The notes: generated from the letters alone by a model not told the origin. A stretch of 64,000 nucleotides of DNA from Flavobacteriaceae bacterium (GCA_018608705.1 JABAZD010000046.1:60603-124602); one strand, 5' to 3'; shown: positions 28,979-39,631, counted from the first letter of the stretch. Made by a program: numbers and translations.

Positions 28979-30676
28979 CTAAAAACCTTCTGCTTTGTCA
29001 TCACCTCTTGGATCCGCTCCTCCTTCTAAACGACCGTCTGGAAGAACCAAGATTGCATCTGTTTTTCCTATTACTAGAAAATTACTAGTATCGACTTTAT
29101 AGCCTAATTTCTTAAGGGGGCTAAAAACTGTTGTATCAAATGAGGTTTCAAATTTTATATTATCTGGAAACCATTGGTGGTGAAAACGCGGCTTTGAAAC
29201 CGATTCTTGCATCGTCATTTTATAGTCCAAAACATTTATGATATTTTGCAATACTGTGGTAATAATTGTTGAGCCTCCTGGTGTGCCTAAAACCATTTTA
29301 AGTTTAGCATTAGTCTCTATTATTGTTGGAGACATTGAACTTAGCATTCGTTTTTTTGCTACAATTGAATTTGCTTCGGCTCCAATTAAACCAAACATGT
29401 TTGGGGTACCTGGCTTGGCGCTAAAATCATCCATTTCATTGTTTAAAAAAAAACCTCCCTTATCTACAAATACTTTTGATCCATAAGCCCCATTTAGAGT
29501 GGTAGTTACCGAAACACTGTTTCCTTTGTGGTCAACTATAGAGTAATGCGTAGTTTCATCACTTTCGTAACCTAAAAATGAACCTCTAGAAAGCTCACTT
29601 GATTTTGTAGCCTTATTCCAATTAAAACTTTTCATTCTCTGCGAAAGATATTTATTAGAAGTTAAACTGTCTGTTGGAATATCAACAAAGTCAGGATCTC
29701 CTAAAAAATAGGCTCTGTCAGCATAGGAGCGTCTTTCGGCTTCAACTATTAATTGTATATATTTACTAGAGTTGTGTTTATACTGGGATATATTAAACGG
29801 CTCTATAGTTTTAAGAATTTGAGCAAGGCAAATCCCTCCACTGGACGGTGGTGGCATCGATATGATTTTATGATCATTATAATTAAAAATTATAGGGTCT
29901 CTCCATTTTACATTATAGTTTTCTAAGTCTTCTGTTGTAATAATTCCCCCAAGGTTTTGAACTTTATTAACAATAAAGTCTGCTGTTTTCCCTTTGTAAA
30001 ATCCGTCTCTGCCTTCGGTCTTTATTCGCTCTAATGTTTTTGCCAGTAAAGGATTTTTAATAGTATCACCCGCCCGCCATTGTTTATCATAAAGTATTCG
30101 TCTTTGATTAACGTTTCTAAAACTAACTTTATGTTGATTTAAGCGCTTTGCTTGCGCTAGTGTTATAACTACTCCATTGTTGGCTAAATTTATTGCAGGT
30201 TGAATAAGTTTTTCAATAGAAATTGTACCAAATTTATTGTGTATTTCAAATAATCCCGCTATGGTGCCAGGAACTCCAATTGCCAATGCTCCCGTTTTAC
30301 TTTTATCAGATACTACCTTTCCTTCTTGGTCCAAATACATGTTTTTAGTGGCTGATATAGGCGCCATCTCCCTATAATCTAAAGCCCCAGTTGTACCGTC
30401 TGCCATGCGGAAAACCATAAACCCACCTCCACCAATATTTCCAGCTACAGGGTACGAAACTAACAGTGCCAGGTCGGTGGCAACCATAGCATCAAAAGCA
30501 TTACCTCCTAGTTTCATTATATCTAGGCCTATTTTTGAAGCCTCTTCTTTTGCTGAAACCACCATGGCATTTTCAGCAATAAACCCTCGACTTTTCTCTC
30601 TCTTATCTTGAATTGTGTTTTTTCTACAACACATCAATAGGATTCCGGTGACTAATAATAGGCTGATTTTGTTCAT
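28979..30676 (-). CDS. ggt: Gamma-glutamyltransferase (probable lipoprotein)
   Basis: GGNAFDA, IGGGGF, ETTHYS nucleophile, NNEMDDF, RMLSSMSP, GTPGGSTI, DPRG. Confidence 0.95.
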   Translation of the reverse strand: MNKISLLLVTGILLMCCRKNTIQDKREKSRGFIAENAMVVSAKEEASKIGLDIMKLGGNAFDAMVATDLALLVSYPVAGNIGGGGFMVFRMADGTTGALDYREMAPISATKNMYLDQEGKVVSDKSKTGALAIGVPGTIAGLFEIHNKFGTISIEKLIQPAINLANNGVVITLAQAKRLNQHKVSFRNVNQRRILYDKQWRAGDTIKNPLLAKTLERIKTEGRDGFYKGKTADFIVNKVQNLGGIITTEDLENYNVKWRDPIIFNYNDHKIISMPPPSSGGICLAQILKTIEPFNISQYKHNSSKYIQLIVEAERRSYADRAYFLGDPDFVDIPTDSLTSNKYLSQRMKSFNWNKATKSSELSRGSFLGYESDETTHYSIVDHKGNSVSVTTTLNGAYGSKVFVDKGGFFLNNEMDDFSAKPGTPNMFGLIGAEANSIVAKKRMLSSMSPTIIETNAKLKMVLGTPGGSTIITTVLQNIINVLDYKMTMQESVSKPRFHHQWFPDNIKFETSFDTTVFSPLKKLGYKVDTSNFLVIGKTDAILVLPDGRLEGGADPRGDDKAEGF

Positions 30677-30684
30677 GAGTATAT

Positions 30685-31608
30685 TTATTCGAGAAATTTA
30701 ATATTTCTTTTCAATCCAGAAAACTTAGCGCGCTTAACAGCTGAATGCTGAAAAACTTTATTGAAAGTGTCATGGGTAATCTCTTCCCAATCTTGCTTAG
30801 ACATTGAAATAAGTTCAGGCTTTGGGTTAAACAAGGGCTCGCTGTGTGCTTTTGAAAATCTATTCCAAGGACAAACATCTTGACATACATCACAACCAAA
30901 CATCCAGTTGTCAAATTGCCCTTTCATATTAGATGGTATTTGATCTTTTAGTTCAATTGTAAAATAAGAAATACATTTACTTCCATCTACTCCGTAGTCA
31001 GACGTAATTGCTTGTGTTGGACAGGCATCTACACATGCTGTACAACTGCCACAATGGTCTGTAACTGCATGATCATAGTCTAATTCTAAATCAATAATAA
31101 GTTCTGCTATAAAGTAAAAAGATCCTACTTTTTGAGTGAGTAAATTACTGTGTTTACCGATCCAGCCCAAACCTGACTTTTTAGCCCATGCTTTCTCTAA
31201 AATTGGAGCAGAATCAACAAAAGCACGACCATGAACATCACCAATTTCTTCTTTAATAAATTCCAGTAATTGTTTTAATTTATCTTTTATAATAAAGTGA
31301 TAATCTTGTCCATATGCATACTTACTTATCTTTGGAGCATTTGGATCTTTCTGTACCTCTTCAGGAAAGTAATTATAAATTAATGAAACTACACTTTTTG
31401 AATCTTCAACTAGTAATGTGGGGTCTAGTCGCTTATCAAAGTGGTTTTCCATATATTGCATTTTACCATGGCTATTTTTTTTTAGCCACGATTCTAGGCG
31501 TGGTGCTTCTTCCTCTAAAAACCCTGCTCTACTCATTCCGCAAGACAAAAAGCCGAGGCGTTTAGCTTCGGCTTTGATTTGTTTTGAGTATGTGTCTTTA
31601 TTAGCCAG
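30685..31608 (-). CDS. queG: Epoxyqueuosine reductase; start probably non-canonical CTG at 31608
   Basis: [42 protein letters not shown]. The frame stays open 20 codons upstream of the track's TTG. Confidence 0.9.
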   Translation of the reverse strand: MANKDTYSKQIKAEAKRLGFLSCGMSRAGFLEEEAPRLESWLKKNSHGKMQYMENHFDKRLDPTLLVEDSKSVVSLIYNYFPEEVQKDPNAPKISKYAYGQDYHFIIKDKLKQLLEFIKEEIGDVHGRAFVDSAPILEKAWAKKSGLGWIGKHSNLLTQKVGSFYFIAELIIDLELDYDHAVTDHCGSCTACVDACPTQAITSDYGVDGSKCISYFTIELKDQIPSNMKGQFDNWMFGCDVCQDVCPWNRFSKAHSEPLFNPKPELISMSKQDWEEITHDTFNKVFQHSAVKRAKFSGLKRNIKFLE

Positions 31609-31627
31609 AATTAGTGATTATGTTATT

Positions 31628-32650
31628 TTAAAATAATCCTCCTTGAATATCTCCTTTAACACGACCTAAATGTTTGTATGCAAGTTCGGTAACTTCACGA
31701 CCTCTAGGGGTGCGCATAATAAAGCCTTGTTGAATTAAAAACGGTTCATAAACTTCTTCAATTGTTTCTGGACTTTCACTCACTGCGGTAGCAATTGTGG
31801 TAACCCCAACAGGACCTCCCTTAAACTTATCTATAATGGTCGTTAAAATTTTATTATCCATTTCATCAAGCCCATGAGCATCTACATTTAATGCTTTTAA
31901 TCCGAATTTAGCAATAACAATATCAATTTTTCCATTACCCTTTATTTGTGCAAAATCTCGGACCCGTCTCAAAAGTGCATTTGCAATACGAGGCGTTCCG
32001 CGACTTCGACCTGCGATTTCAATGGAAGCTTCTACACTAATAGGGACCTTTAAGATTTCTGAACTTCGCTGGATAATTGTAGAAAGTAGTTCTGTTGAAT
32101 AGTACTGTAAACGACTACTTATCCCAAATCGAGCACGCATCGGAGCTGTTAAAAGTCCTGACCTTGTTGTGGCACCGACTAATGTAAAAGGGTTTAGATT
32201 GATTTGAACCGTCCTGGCATTGGGTCCGGACTCAATCATAATATCAATTTTATAATCCTCCATTGCAGAATATAGATACTCTTCAACTATTGGGCTAAGG
32301 CGATGGATTTCATCGATAAAAAGAACATCCCTCTCTTCCAAATTTGTAAGCAGTCCGGCTAGATCACCAGGTTTATCCAAAACTGGACCTGAAGTAACTT
32401 TTATACCCACTCCTAACTCATTTGCAAGTATATGTGCAAGTGTTGTCTTTCCAAGTCCTGGTGGGCCGTGAAAGAGTGTATGATCCAAAGCTTCGTCACG
32501 CTCAACTGCAGCTTCTACAAAAATTTGTAGATTTTCGAGCACTTGATCTTGTCCTGCAAAATCATCAAATGAAAGTGGTCTTAATACTTTTTCAATATCA
32601 TGTTCCTCTGCTGAAAAATTCTCATCGGTTGGGTCCAGATTTTCGTTCAT
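31628..32650 (-). CDS. ruvB: Holliday junction DNA helicase RuvB
   Basis: [39 protein letters not shown]. Start placed at ATG 32650. Confidence 0.97.
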   Translation of the reverse strand: MNENLDPTDENFSAEEHDIEKVLRPLSFDDFAGQDQVLENLQIFVEAAVERDEALDHTLFHGPPGLGKTTLAHILANELGVGIKVTSGPVLDKPGDLAGLLTNLEERDVLFIDEIHRLSPIVEEYLYSAMEDYKIDIMIESGPNARTVQINLNPFTLVGATTRSGLLTAPMRARFGISSRLQYYSTELLSTIIQRSSEILKVPISVEASIEIAGRSRGTPRIANALLRRVRDFAQIKGNGKIDIVIAKFGLKALNVDAHGLDEMDNKILTTIIDKFKGGPVGVTTIATAVSESPETIEEVYEPFLIQQGFIMRTPRGREVTELAYKHLGRVKGDIQGGLF

Positions 32651-32655
32651 ACCAA

Positions 32656-32663
32656 CAAATATA
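32656..32663 (-). promoter_or_regulatory. -7 element TATATTTG for ruvB
   Basis: TAnnTTTG ending 5 nt before ATG 32650. Confidence 0.6.
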
Positions 32664-32698
32664 AAAAAAAAGCCTCTCATGCATTATGAAAGGCTTTT
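32663..32698 (-). terminator. Intrinsic terminator of act/cox operon
   Basis: AAAAGCCT...AGGCTTTT stem followed by a T9 tract on the minus strand. Confidence 0.75.
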
Positions 32699-32726
32699 AA
32701 ATATACAACTAAGTGTTAACAGCCTA

Positions 32727-34520
32727 CTAATGCTGCAATTCTTCCTCTCCTTGCTTTAGAGGAATATTTTGTGGAACAAAATCACTCTCATGGCCTGGCT
32801 TACTATAGTCATAAGCCCAACGATGTACATGAGGGATTTCGCCTGGCCAGTTCCCATGCATGTGTTCAACTGGAGCAGTCCATTCTAAAGTATTAGATTT
32901 CCATGGGTTTTGTTCTGTTTTCTTTCCATAGAACATGCTGTGTATAAAGTTCCATAAAAATACGAGTTGGAAAAGGCCTCCTACAATGGCAAATATTGTT
33001 ATAAGAATTTGAACGTTTGAAGTATCATCAAATAGCGGAAAATTACTGTTTGTATAATATCTTCTTGGAAGTCCTGCCATCCCAATAAAGTGCATTGGGA
33101 AAAAGACTCCGTAAGCACATATTGCTGTTACCCAAAAGTGGATATATCCTAAGTTTTTATTAAGCATACGGCCGAACATTTTAGGAAACCAGTGGTAAAC
33201 ACCTGCGAAAAGTCCATAAAGTGCAGAGATCCCCATAACTAAATGAAAGTGAGCTACCACAAAGTAAGTATCATGAACATTTATATCTAATGCACTATCT
33301 CCAAGAATGATTCCTGTAAGCCCCCCCGTTATGAACGTTGACACCAATCCAATTGAAAATAACATGGCAGGGTTTAGCTGTAAATTTCCTTTCCAAAGCG
33401 TTGTAATGTAATTAAAAGCCTTGACTGCGGATGGTATTGCAATAAGTAAGGTAGTAAACGTAAACACAGACCCTAAAAATGGATTCATTCCTGAAATAAA
33501 CATATGGTGACCCCAAACGATTGTTGACAAGAATGCGATTGCCAAAATAGAAGCTACCATGGCTCGGTATCCAAAAATTGGTTTTCGTGAATTTGTAGCT
33601 ATTACTTCAGATGTAATTCCTAAGGCTGGAAGCAATACAATATATACTTCAGGATGTCCCAAGAACCAAAATAAATGTTCAAACAAAACAGGAGACCCTC
33701 CCTGGTAATGCAATACTTCTCCCTGAATAAAAATATCAGATAAGAAGAAAGATGTGCCAAAGCTACGATCCATTATTAATAATAACGCAGCTGATAATAG
33801 TACTGGAAAAGATACCACTCCTATAACTGCAGTTATGAAAAACGCCCATATTGTTAATGGTAATCTAGTCATTGACATTCCTTTTGTTCTCAAGTTAAGA
33901 ACCGTTACGATATAATTTAGAGATCCCAGTAGGGATGATACAATAAATATAGCCATCGAAACTAGCCACAAAGTCATTCCTGCAGCAGATCCTCCTTGGG
34001 CTAATGGTAGTGCACTTAAAGGTGGATAGATAGTCCATCCAGCTGCTGCGGGCCCTGCCTCAACAAAAAAGGAAATAACCATTATTATACTAGAAAGAAA
34101 AAATAACCAATAAGAAATCATGTTAAGAAACCCTGATGCCATATCTCTTGCGCCTATTTGCAACGGAATTAATAAATTACTAAAGGTTCCGCTTAAGCCA
34201 GCAGTAAGAACGAAAAAAACCATAATAGTTCCATGAATGGTTACTAATGCCAAGTAAATATCAGCATCCATAACACCTCCAGGAGCCCATTTACCTAATA
34301 GTGCTTCAAAAATTATGTTTGGTTGAGAAGGCCATGCAATTTGCATACGCATTAGAAGAGACATTAAAATTCCTATCACGCCCATAATAACTCCAGTAAT
34401 CAAATACTGCTTGGCTATCATTTTGTGATCTTGACTAAAAATGTACTTAGTCACAAAGGTTTCTTTGTGATGATGTCCATGATCGTCGTCGTGTGTATGA
34501 ATATCTACGTGTGCTGACAT
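32727..34520 (-). CDS. ctaD: Heme-copper oxidase subunit I (A1 type, aa3)
   Basis: HGTIM, GWTIYPPL, GHPEVY, WGHHM, VVAHFH, GLPRRY. Confidence 0.96.
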   Translation of the reverse strand: MSAHVDIHTHDDDHGHHHKETFVTKYIFSQDHKMIAKQYLITGVIMGVIGILMSLLMRMQIAWPSQPNIIFEALLGKWAPGGVMDADIYLALVTIHGTIMVFFVLTAGLSGTFSNLLIPLQIGARDMASGFLNMISYWLFFLSSIIMVISFFVEAGPAAAGWTIYPPLSALPLAQGGSAAGMTLWLVSMAIFIVSSLLGSLNYIVTVLNLRTKGMSMTRLPLTIWAFFITAVIGVVSFPVLLSAALLLIMDRSFGTSFFLSDIFIQGEVLHYQGGSPVLFEHLFWFLGHPEVYIVLLPALGITSEVIATNSRKPIFGYRAMVASILAIAFLSTIVWGHHMFISGMNPFLGSVFTFTTLLIAIPSAVKAFNYITTLWKGNLQLNPAMLFSIGLVSTFITGGLTGIILGDSALDINVHDTYFVVAHFHLVMGISALYGLFAGVYHWFPKMFGRMLNKNLGYIHFWVTAICAYGVFFPMHFIGMAGLPRRYYTNSNFPLFDDTSNVQILITIFAIVGGLFQLVFLWNFIHSMFYGKKTEQNPWKSNTLEWTAPVEHMHGNWPGEIPHVHRWAYDYSKPGHESDFVPQNIPLKQGEEELQH

Positions 34521-34549
34521 AAATTTATATTATTATTTCTTTAAATTTT

Positions 34550-35620
34550 TTAATTTTGGACTAGAGAGTTCTTAAATAGTTTTTGCTCATCTAACCACTC
34601 ATTATAATCTTCTTCCGATTCTACGATAATTTTCATTTGCATGTTATAATGAGACTTTCCACATATTTTATTGCATAATAACAAATAATCAAACTCATAG
34701 CGGTCTAATGGCTCTTCTCCCTTGGCTTGAAGTTGCTTACTTTTCTTAACTCTAATTCTATTGATATTTTTTACTTTCTCATAAATGTCTGGATTTAATC
34801 TCATTTCTTCCGTGGTGACAGTGGGTGTAAAGGCAAATTGAGTTATCATCCCTGGCACACAATTCATTTGAGCTCTAAAATGAGGCATATAAGCAGAGTG
34901 CAAAACATCTTGAGATCGCATCTTAAACAATACAGGGCGGCCTACAGGAAGGTGTAATTCCGTTGTAATAACATCATCTTGTGCGTTAGGATCTGATTCG
35001 TCTAGTCCTAAAATATTTGCATTATCAAGGTTAATTAATCGCACGTTAGCTTTTCCTAAAACGTTGTCATGTCCAGCATATCTAGCTTTCCAGTTAAATT
35101 GTTGTGCGTATAGTTCAACCATAAGAGGATCTTCATCTTCGTCAATATTCATAATATCTGACCAAGTAAACAGTCCGTACATAATTAGTCCTGCTAATAC
35201 TATAACAGGGATTACAGTCCATATAAATTCTAACTTATCGTTATCTGCATAAAAAAGGGCTTTACGTCCTTTCTCTCCTTTGTACTTAAATGCAAAATAG
35301 TGAAGTAAAAACTGTGTAATAGTTTGTACTATAAAAATTACAACCATCGAAATGATCATTAAGCGATCAATTTCTGGCCCATGTTCAGAGGCTGAATTCG
35401 AAGTTAGTGGTAAGTCTCCCCATAATGCAAAAGAGACAATTGTAATTCCATAGATGAAACCTAAAAAGGCTAGCATTAGGTATCCATTAACCCGGTTGTC
35501 CTTGTCGTTTGCTACTTGTGAGAAGTCTTTATTTGCTTGCGCTAAATCAAAGATCTTAACCATTTGCCAAATTGCAATAGTGATCCCTAATAAAATTAAT
35601 ATGGTTAATAAGCCAGTCAT
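34550..35620 (-). CDS. ctaC: Cytochrome c oxidase subunit II
   Basis: LEFIWTVIP, QFNW, DVLHS, CuA motif CNKICGKSHYNM. Confidence 0.94.
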   Translation of the reverse strand: MTGLLTILILLGITIAIWQMVKIFDLAQANKDFSQVANDKDNRVNGYLMLAFLGFIYGITIVSFALWGDLPLTSNSASEHGPEIDRLMIISMVVIFIVQTITQFLLHYFAFKYKGEKGRKALFYADNDKLEFIWTVIPVIVLAGLIMYGLFTWSDIMNIDEDEDPLMVELYAQQFNWKARYAGHDNVLGKANVRLINLDNANILGLDESDPNAQDDVITTELHLPVGRPVLFKMRSQDVLHSAYMPHFRAQMNCVPGMITQFAFTPTVTTEEMRLNPDIYEKVKNINRIRVKKSKQLQAKGEEPLDRYEFDYLLLCNKICGKSHYNMQMKIIVESEEDYNEWLDEQKLFKNSLVQN

Positions 35621-35648
35621 CGTTATATCTTGTCTTTTTAAATTTTAA

Positions 35649-37049
35649 TTAATAATGAAAATGTTCGCTCTCCTTGATAAAAGGATTCCCTTTTGCTAGT
35701 AATGGTGCTTTTGACAACGCATAAAAAACAATGAAAATGAACAATCCTAAAAATAATAATATTGCACTAATTTCAGGGATACCAATAAACCATCGGTCTC
35801 CTACAGTTGCTGGCATGATCATATTAAATACATCAATGTAGTGACCAAATAAAATCACAATCCCAGCCATCACAATAAACCAAGGTACTCGCTTATAGTC
35901 GCTGTTCATTAGCACTAAAAACGGGAAGATAAAGTTTAAAATTATCATTCCGAAAAAAGGTAGATTGTAGTCTTCTATTCTAGTTACAAAATATGTTACT
36001 TCCTCAGGGATATTTGCATACCATATAAGCATAAATTGTGAGAACCATAAATAAGTCCAGAAGACGCTAATGGCAAACATAAACTTAGCTAAATCATGTA
36101 AATGACTATCATTTACAAATTCCATTAAACCTTTAGATTTTAGATAGATCGTAATTAGGGCTATTACAGTGATTCCGCTTACGAACATACTCGCAAATAC
36201 ATACCATCCAAAAAGCGTACTAAACCAGTGTGGGTCAACACTCATGATCCAATCCCAAGACATGATAGATTCCGTGTATATGTAAAAGACTAAAAAACCA
36301 GCTGAAATTCTAAAGTTGTTTTTAAAATTACTATTGTCATTTAGATCAGCTAAATCTTGTGCAAGTGAGAATTTTCGAGAAAAATAACGATACAAGCTCC
36401 ATCCTGTTATAAAAATAAGTCCTCTAATCAGAAACCATGTTTTATTTAACCAGCCTGCTTTTGCTTGAATCAGTTCGTCGTGTGCTACTACATCTGGGTC
36501 CATCCATATAAAAATATGATCTCCTGCCCACCAAGCAATCCCTAATACGAACAAAGCACCTGGTAAAAGATAATACGTAATAGCTTCCATCACTCTGAAA
36601 AGTACGGGTGACCAGCCTGCTTGTGCAGCATATTGAATAGCGTAAAAGGCTAACACTCCTAAAGAAATCATAAAAAAGAAAAAAGCCGCTACATATAAAG
36701 CAGCATATGGTCTATTGTGCATTTGGTGTAAAACATGTTCTGCATGAGCATCCGTTCCATGATCATCTGATTCACGTATATCTTCAGTGTGAACTTCGGA
36801 ATCGTGTGTAGAATGAATCATTGCAACGTGCGCCTCGTTGTCAGTTTTAACTTCGTGGTGAGAAGTTTCGGTCGTATCTGCCCCGTGAGAGACCTCACCT
36901 CCGTGGTGAGAGTTTTCTTCAGCTAGTAATATTTTCACATCTTCAATAGTAAGTCCATGAGATGATAGATAACTTGTTCCCCAGCCTATGGCGCCAACAA
37001 CGAACAGAAGGATTGAAATAATTTTAAGTCTTTTTGAAAACGTGTACAT
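35649..37049 (-). CDS. actF: Alternative complex III subunit ActF
   Basis: Multi-TM; DWIMSVDPHWFSTLFG, YLWFSQFMLIWYANIPEE. Confidence 0.9.
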   Translation of the reverse strand: MYTFSKRLKIISILLFVVGAIGWGTSYLSSHGLTIEDVKILLAEENSHHGGEVSHGADTTETSHHEVKTDNEAHVAMIHSTHDSEVHTEDIRESDDHGTDAHAEHVLHQMHNRPYAALYVAAFFFFMISLGVLAFYAIQYAAQAGWSPVLFRVMEAITYYLLPGALFVLGIAWWAGDHIFIWMDPDVVAHDELIQAKAGWLNKTWFLIRGLIFITGWSLYRYFSRKFSLAQDLADLNDNSNFKNNFRISAGFLVFYIYTESIMSWDWIMSVDPHWFSTLFGWYVFASMFVSGITVIALITIYLKSKGLMEFVNDSHLHDLAKFMFAISVFWTYLWFSQFMLIWYANIPEEVTYFVTRIEDYNLPFFGMIILNFIFPFLVLMNSDYKRVPWFIVMAGIVILFGHYIDVFNMIMPATVGDRWFIGIPEISAILLFLGLFIFIVFYALSKAPLLAKGNPFIKESEHFHY

Positions 37050-37071
37050 GTATATAAATGTTTTACTTTTC

Positions 37072-37623
37072 TTATTTTTTTAATTCTCTTCTTAGGGTTT
37101 CAACATAAGCTGTTACTTGCCAACGTTCTTCCTCATTTAATAAATTTGCATATGATCCCATAGAGTTTTTGCCAAAATAAATAACATGGTAAATACTCCC
37201 TGTAGTAATATCTCTATCTGCGTAACTTGGAACCCCAAGAATTTTTTCTCTCTTTACTAGTTTTCCTTGGCCAGCCCCTTTAGTTCCGTGACAAATCCCA
37301 CAATAAATGTCATAGAGCTCTTTTCCTCTTTTAGCATTTAACTGGGATACCCCCAGAGGGGATTTAAGTTCCGAAAGTGCCGCTGCATAGCCTTCGTTTG
37401 TATTTTCATATTCGTAAAGTGAATGACCCCTTGAGATCGTACCTTTCACAGGCAACAATGCTTCTTGTGAGTTCGGAAAAACATCATATTCACCATAGGC
37501 TTCATATCCGATAGGCTTATACATATTTGGAAAGTATTGATAGTTTGGACTATTATCATTTTGACATGAGAACGTAGTCACTAAAACTACTACTAGAACG
37601 ATTATTTTCGATACACTTTTCAT
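37072..37623 (-). CDS. actE: Alternative complex III monoheme lipoprotein ActE
   Basis: Lipobox TTFSC, YFPNMY, CGICH. Start placed at ATG 37623, just after the actD stop. Confidence 0.9.
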   Translation of the reverse strand: MKSVSKIIVLVVVLVTTFSCQNDNSPNYQYFPNMYKPIGYEAYGEYDVFPNSQEALLPVKGTISRGHSLYEYENTNEGYAAALSELKSPLGVSQLNAKRGKELYDIYCGICHGTKGAGQGKLVKREKILGVPSYADRDITTGSIYHVIYFGKNSMGSYANLLNEEERWQVTAYVETLRRELKK

Positions 37624-37627
37624 AGGA

Positions 37628-38161
37628 CTAATGTGCTTCTTTATCAACTATATGAATCTCAACTGCACCAGTTTTGGTGAGTAGAGTTTTTAATTCTTTT
37701 TCATTATTGTGAACAGGAATTTCCATTAAAAAATGGTCATCTGTTGTTCTCGAATCAGGATTCTCTGCGTTTTTAAACGGCCACATTCTACTTCTTAAAT
37801 AAAAAGTAATAACCATTAAGTGAGCAGCAAAAAAAACGGTTAATTCAAACATGATTGGCACAAATGCTGGCATATTTTCTAAATAACTAAAGCTTGGCTT
37901 ACCTCCAATATCTTGAGGCCAATCTTCAATCATGATGTAATTCATCATCGTCGTTGCAACAATCAACCCAACACACCCATACATAAAGGCTGCAATAGCG
38001 ATTCGCGTAGGCTCTAAGCCCATTGCTTTATCGAGTCCATGCACTGGGAAAGGAGTAAATATCTCTTCGATATGGTGCTTTTCGGCCTTGACTGCCTTAA
38101 CAGCTGATAATAATACATCGTCATCTGTATAAAGTGCGTGAATAACTTTTAAAGATCCCAT
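37628..38161 (-). CDS. actD: Alternative complex III subunit ActD (DUF3341)
   Basis: FTPFPVHGLD, IGGKP, FELTVFFAAH. Confidence 0.92.
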   Translation of the reverse strand: MGSLKVIHALYTDDDVLLSAVKAVKAEKHHIEEIFTPFPVHGLDKAMGLEPTRIAIAAFMYGCVGLIVATTMMNYIMIEDWPQDIGGKPSFSYLENMPAFVPIMFELTVFFAAHLMVITFYLRSRMWPFKNAENPDSRTTDDHFLMEIPVHNNEKELKTLLTKTGAVEIHIVDKEAH

Positions 38162-38167
38162 AGGCTA

Positions 38168-39631
38168 CTATTTTTTCTTTTTAGGGGTTACTAATGGCTT
38201 TGACTTTGAGTCGGTTCGATTGTCTGAACCTGTACCCGCTAAGGTTCCACCCGCTTCTCTAATATTTTTATAGCGTTGTCCAGACGATTTTAAAATAGTC
38301 TTGACCTCTGCTTGTGCAATTACTGGGAATGTTCTCGCGTAAAGTAAAAACAACACAAAGAAGAATCCAATAGTTCCAATGAAAATTCCGATATCAACAA
38401 ATGTTGGTGAGAACATAGTCCATGATGATGGTAAATAATCTCTGTGAAGTGAAGTCACAATAATTACAAAACGTTCAAACCACATTCCGATATTTACAAC
38501 AATCGAGATAAAGAATGAGAACATAATACTTGTTCTCAGCCTTTTAAACCACATAAATTGTGGTGAAAACACATTACATGACATCATAGCCCAATAAGCC
38601 CATGCATAAGGCCCCGTTGCTCTATTCAAGAAGGCATATTGTTCGTACTCAACACCTGAGTACCAGGCAATAAATAATTCAGTTATATAAGCAACACCAA
38701 CAATTGATCCCGTGATCATTATAACTATATTCATTAATTCGATATGCTGAACTGTAATATAATCTTCAAGATTACATACTTTACGCATGATAATTAGTAA
38801 GGTATTTACCATTGCAAACCCTGAGAAGATGGCCCCTGCAACAAAATAAGGAGGGAAGATCGTTGTATGCCATCCTGGAATTACCGAGGTAGCAAAATCA
38901 AAAGATACAATAGTGTGTACTGATAATACCAAAGGCGTTGCAAGACCTGCAAGAACCAAAGAAACTTCTTCAAATCGCTGCCAATCTTTTGCACGTCCAC
39001 TCCAGCCAAAACTTAATAAAGAATAAATTTTCTTTTGGAACGGCTTTACCGCACGGTCACGAATCATTGCAAAATCAGGCAATAATCCGGTCCACCAAAA
39101 CACAAGTGAAACCGATAGGTATGTAGAAATCGCAAATACATCCCACAGTAATGGAGAATTAAAGTTAACCCACAACGATCCAAATTGATTTGGGATCGGA
39201 AGAACCCAATAAGCTAACCAAGGTCGGCCCATGTGAATGATAGGAAATAATCCCGCTTGTATTACAGAGAAAATTGTCATGGCTTCCGCTGAACGGTTGA
39301 TTGCCATACGCCATTTTTGTCTAAATAATAATAGGACTGCCGAGATTAGTGTACCAGCGTGGCCAATCCCAACCCACCAAACAAAATTTGTAATGTCCCA
39401 AGCCCATCCAACAGTTTTGTTGAGGCCCCAAGTACCAATTCCGGTGGAAACGGTGTAAACCATACATCCTAACCCCCAGCCAAAAGCTGCAAGTGCAATA
39501 GAAAATACTACCCACCATAGTTTGTTTGCTTTTCCTTCAACAGGAGCAACCACATCCAAGGTCACATCATGATATGACTTGTCCCCGGTAACTAATGGTC
39601 TTCTGATAGGTGCTTCGTAATGAGACGCCAT
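38168..39631 (-). CDS. actC: Alternative complex III subunit ActC (NrfD/PsrC family)
   Basis: WAWDITNFVWWVGIGHAG, HMGRPW, SVHTIVSFDF, GMWFERF. Confidence 0.94.
   Translation of the reverse strand: MASHYEAPIRRPLVTGDKSYHDVTLDVVAPVEGKANKLWWVVFSIALAAFGWGLGCMVYTVSTGIGTWGLNKTVGWAWDITNFVWWVGIGHAGTLISAVLLLFRQKWRMAINRSAEAMTIFSVIQAGLFPIIHMGRPWLAYWVLPIPNQFGSLWVNFNSPLLWDVFAISTYLSVSLVFWWTGLLPDFAMIRDRAVKPFQKKIYSLLSFGWSGRAKDWQRFEEVSLVLAGLATPLVLSVHTIVSFDFATSVIPGWHTTIFPPYFVAGAIFSGFAMVNTLLIIMRKVCNLEDYITVQHIELMNIVIMITGSIVGVAYITELFIAWYSGVEYEQYAFLNRATGPYAWAYWAMMSCNVFSPQFMWFKRLRTSIMFSFFISIVVNIGMWFERFVIIVTSLHRDYLPSSWTMFSPTFVDIGIFIGTIGFFFVLFLLYARTFPVIAQAEVKTILKSSGQRYKNIREAGGTLAGTGSDNRTDSKSKPLVTPKKKK

Noticed and set aside
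32651-32680. Upstream ruvB start (MRGFF...)
   Set aside because: Falls inside the cox terminator and upstream of the putative ruvB promoter
37624-37647. 20-nt actD/actE overlap
   Set aside because: Disappears if ATG 37623 is used, which gives a normal lipoprotein signal
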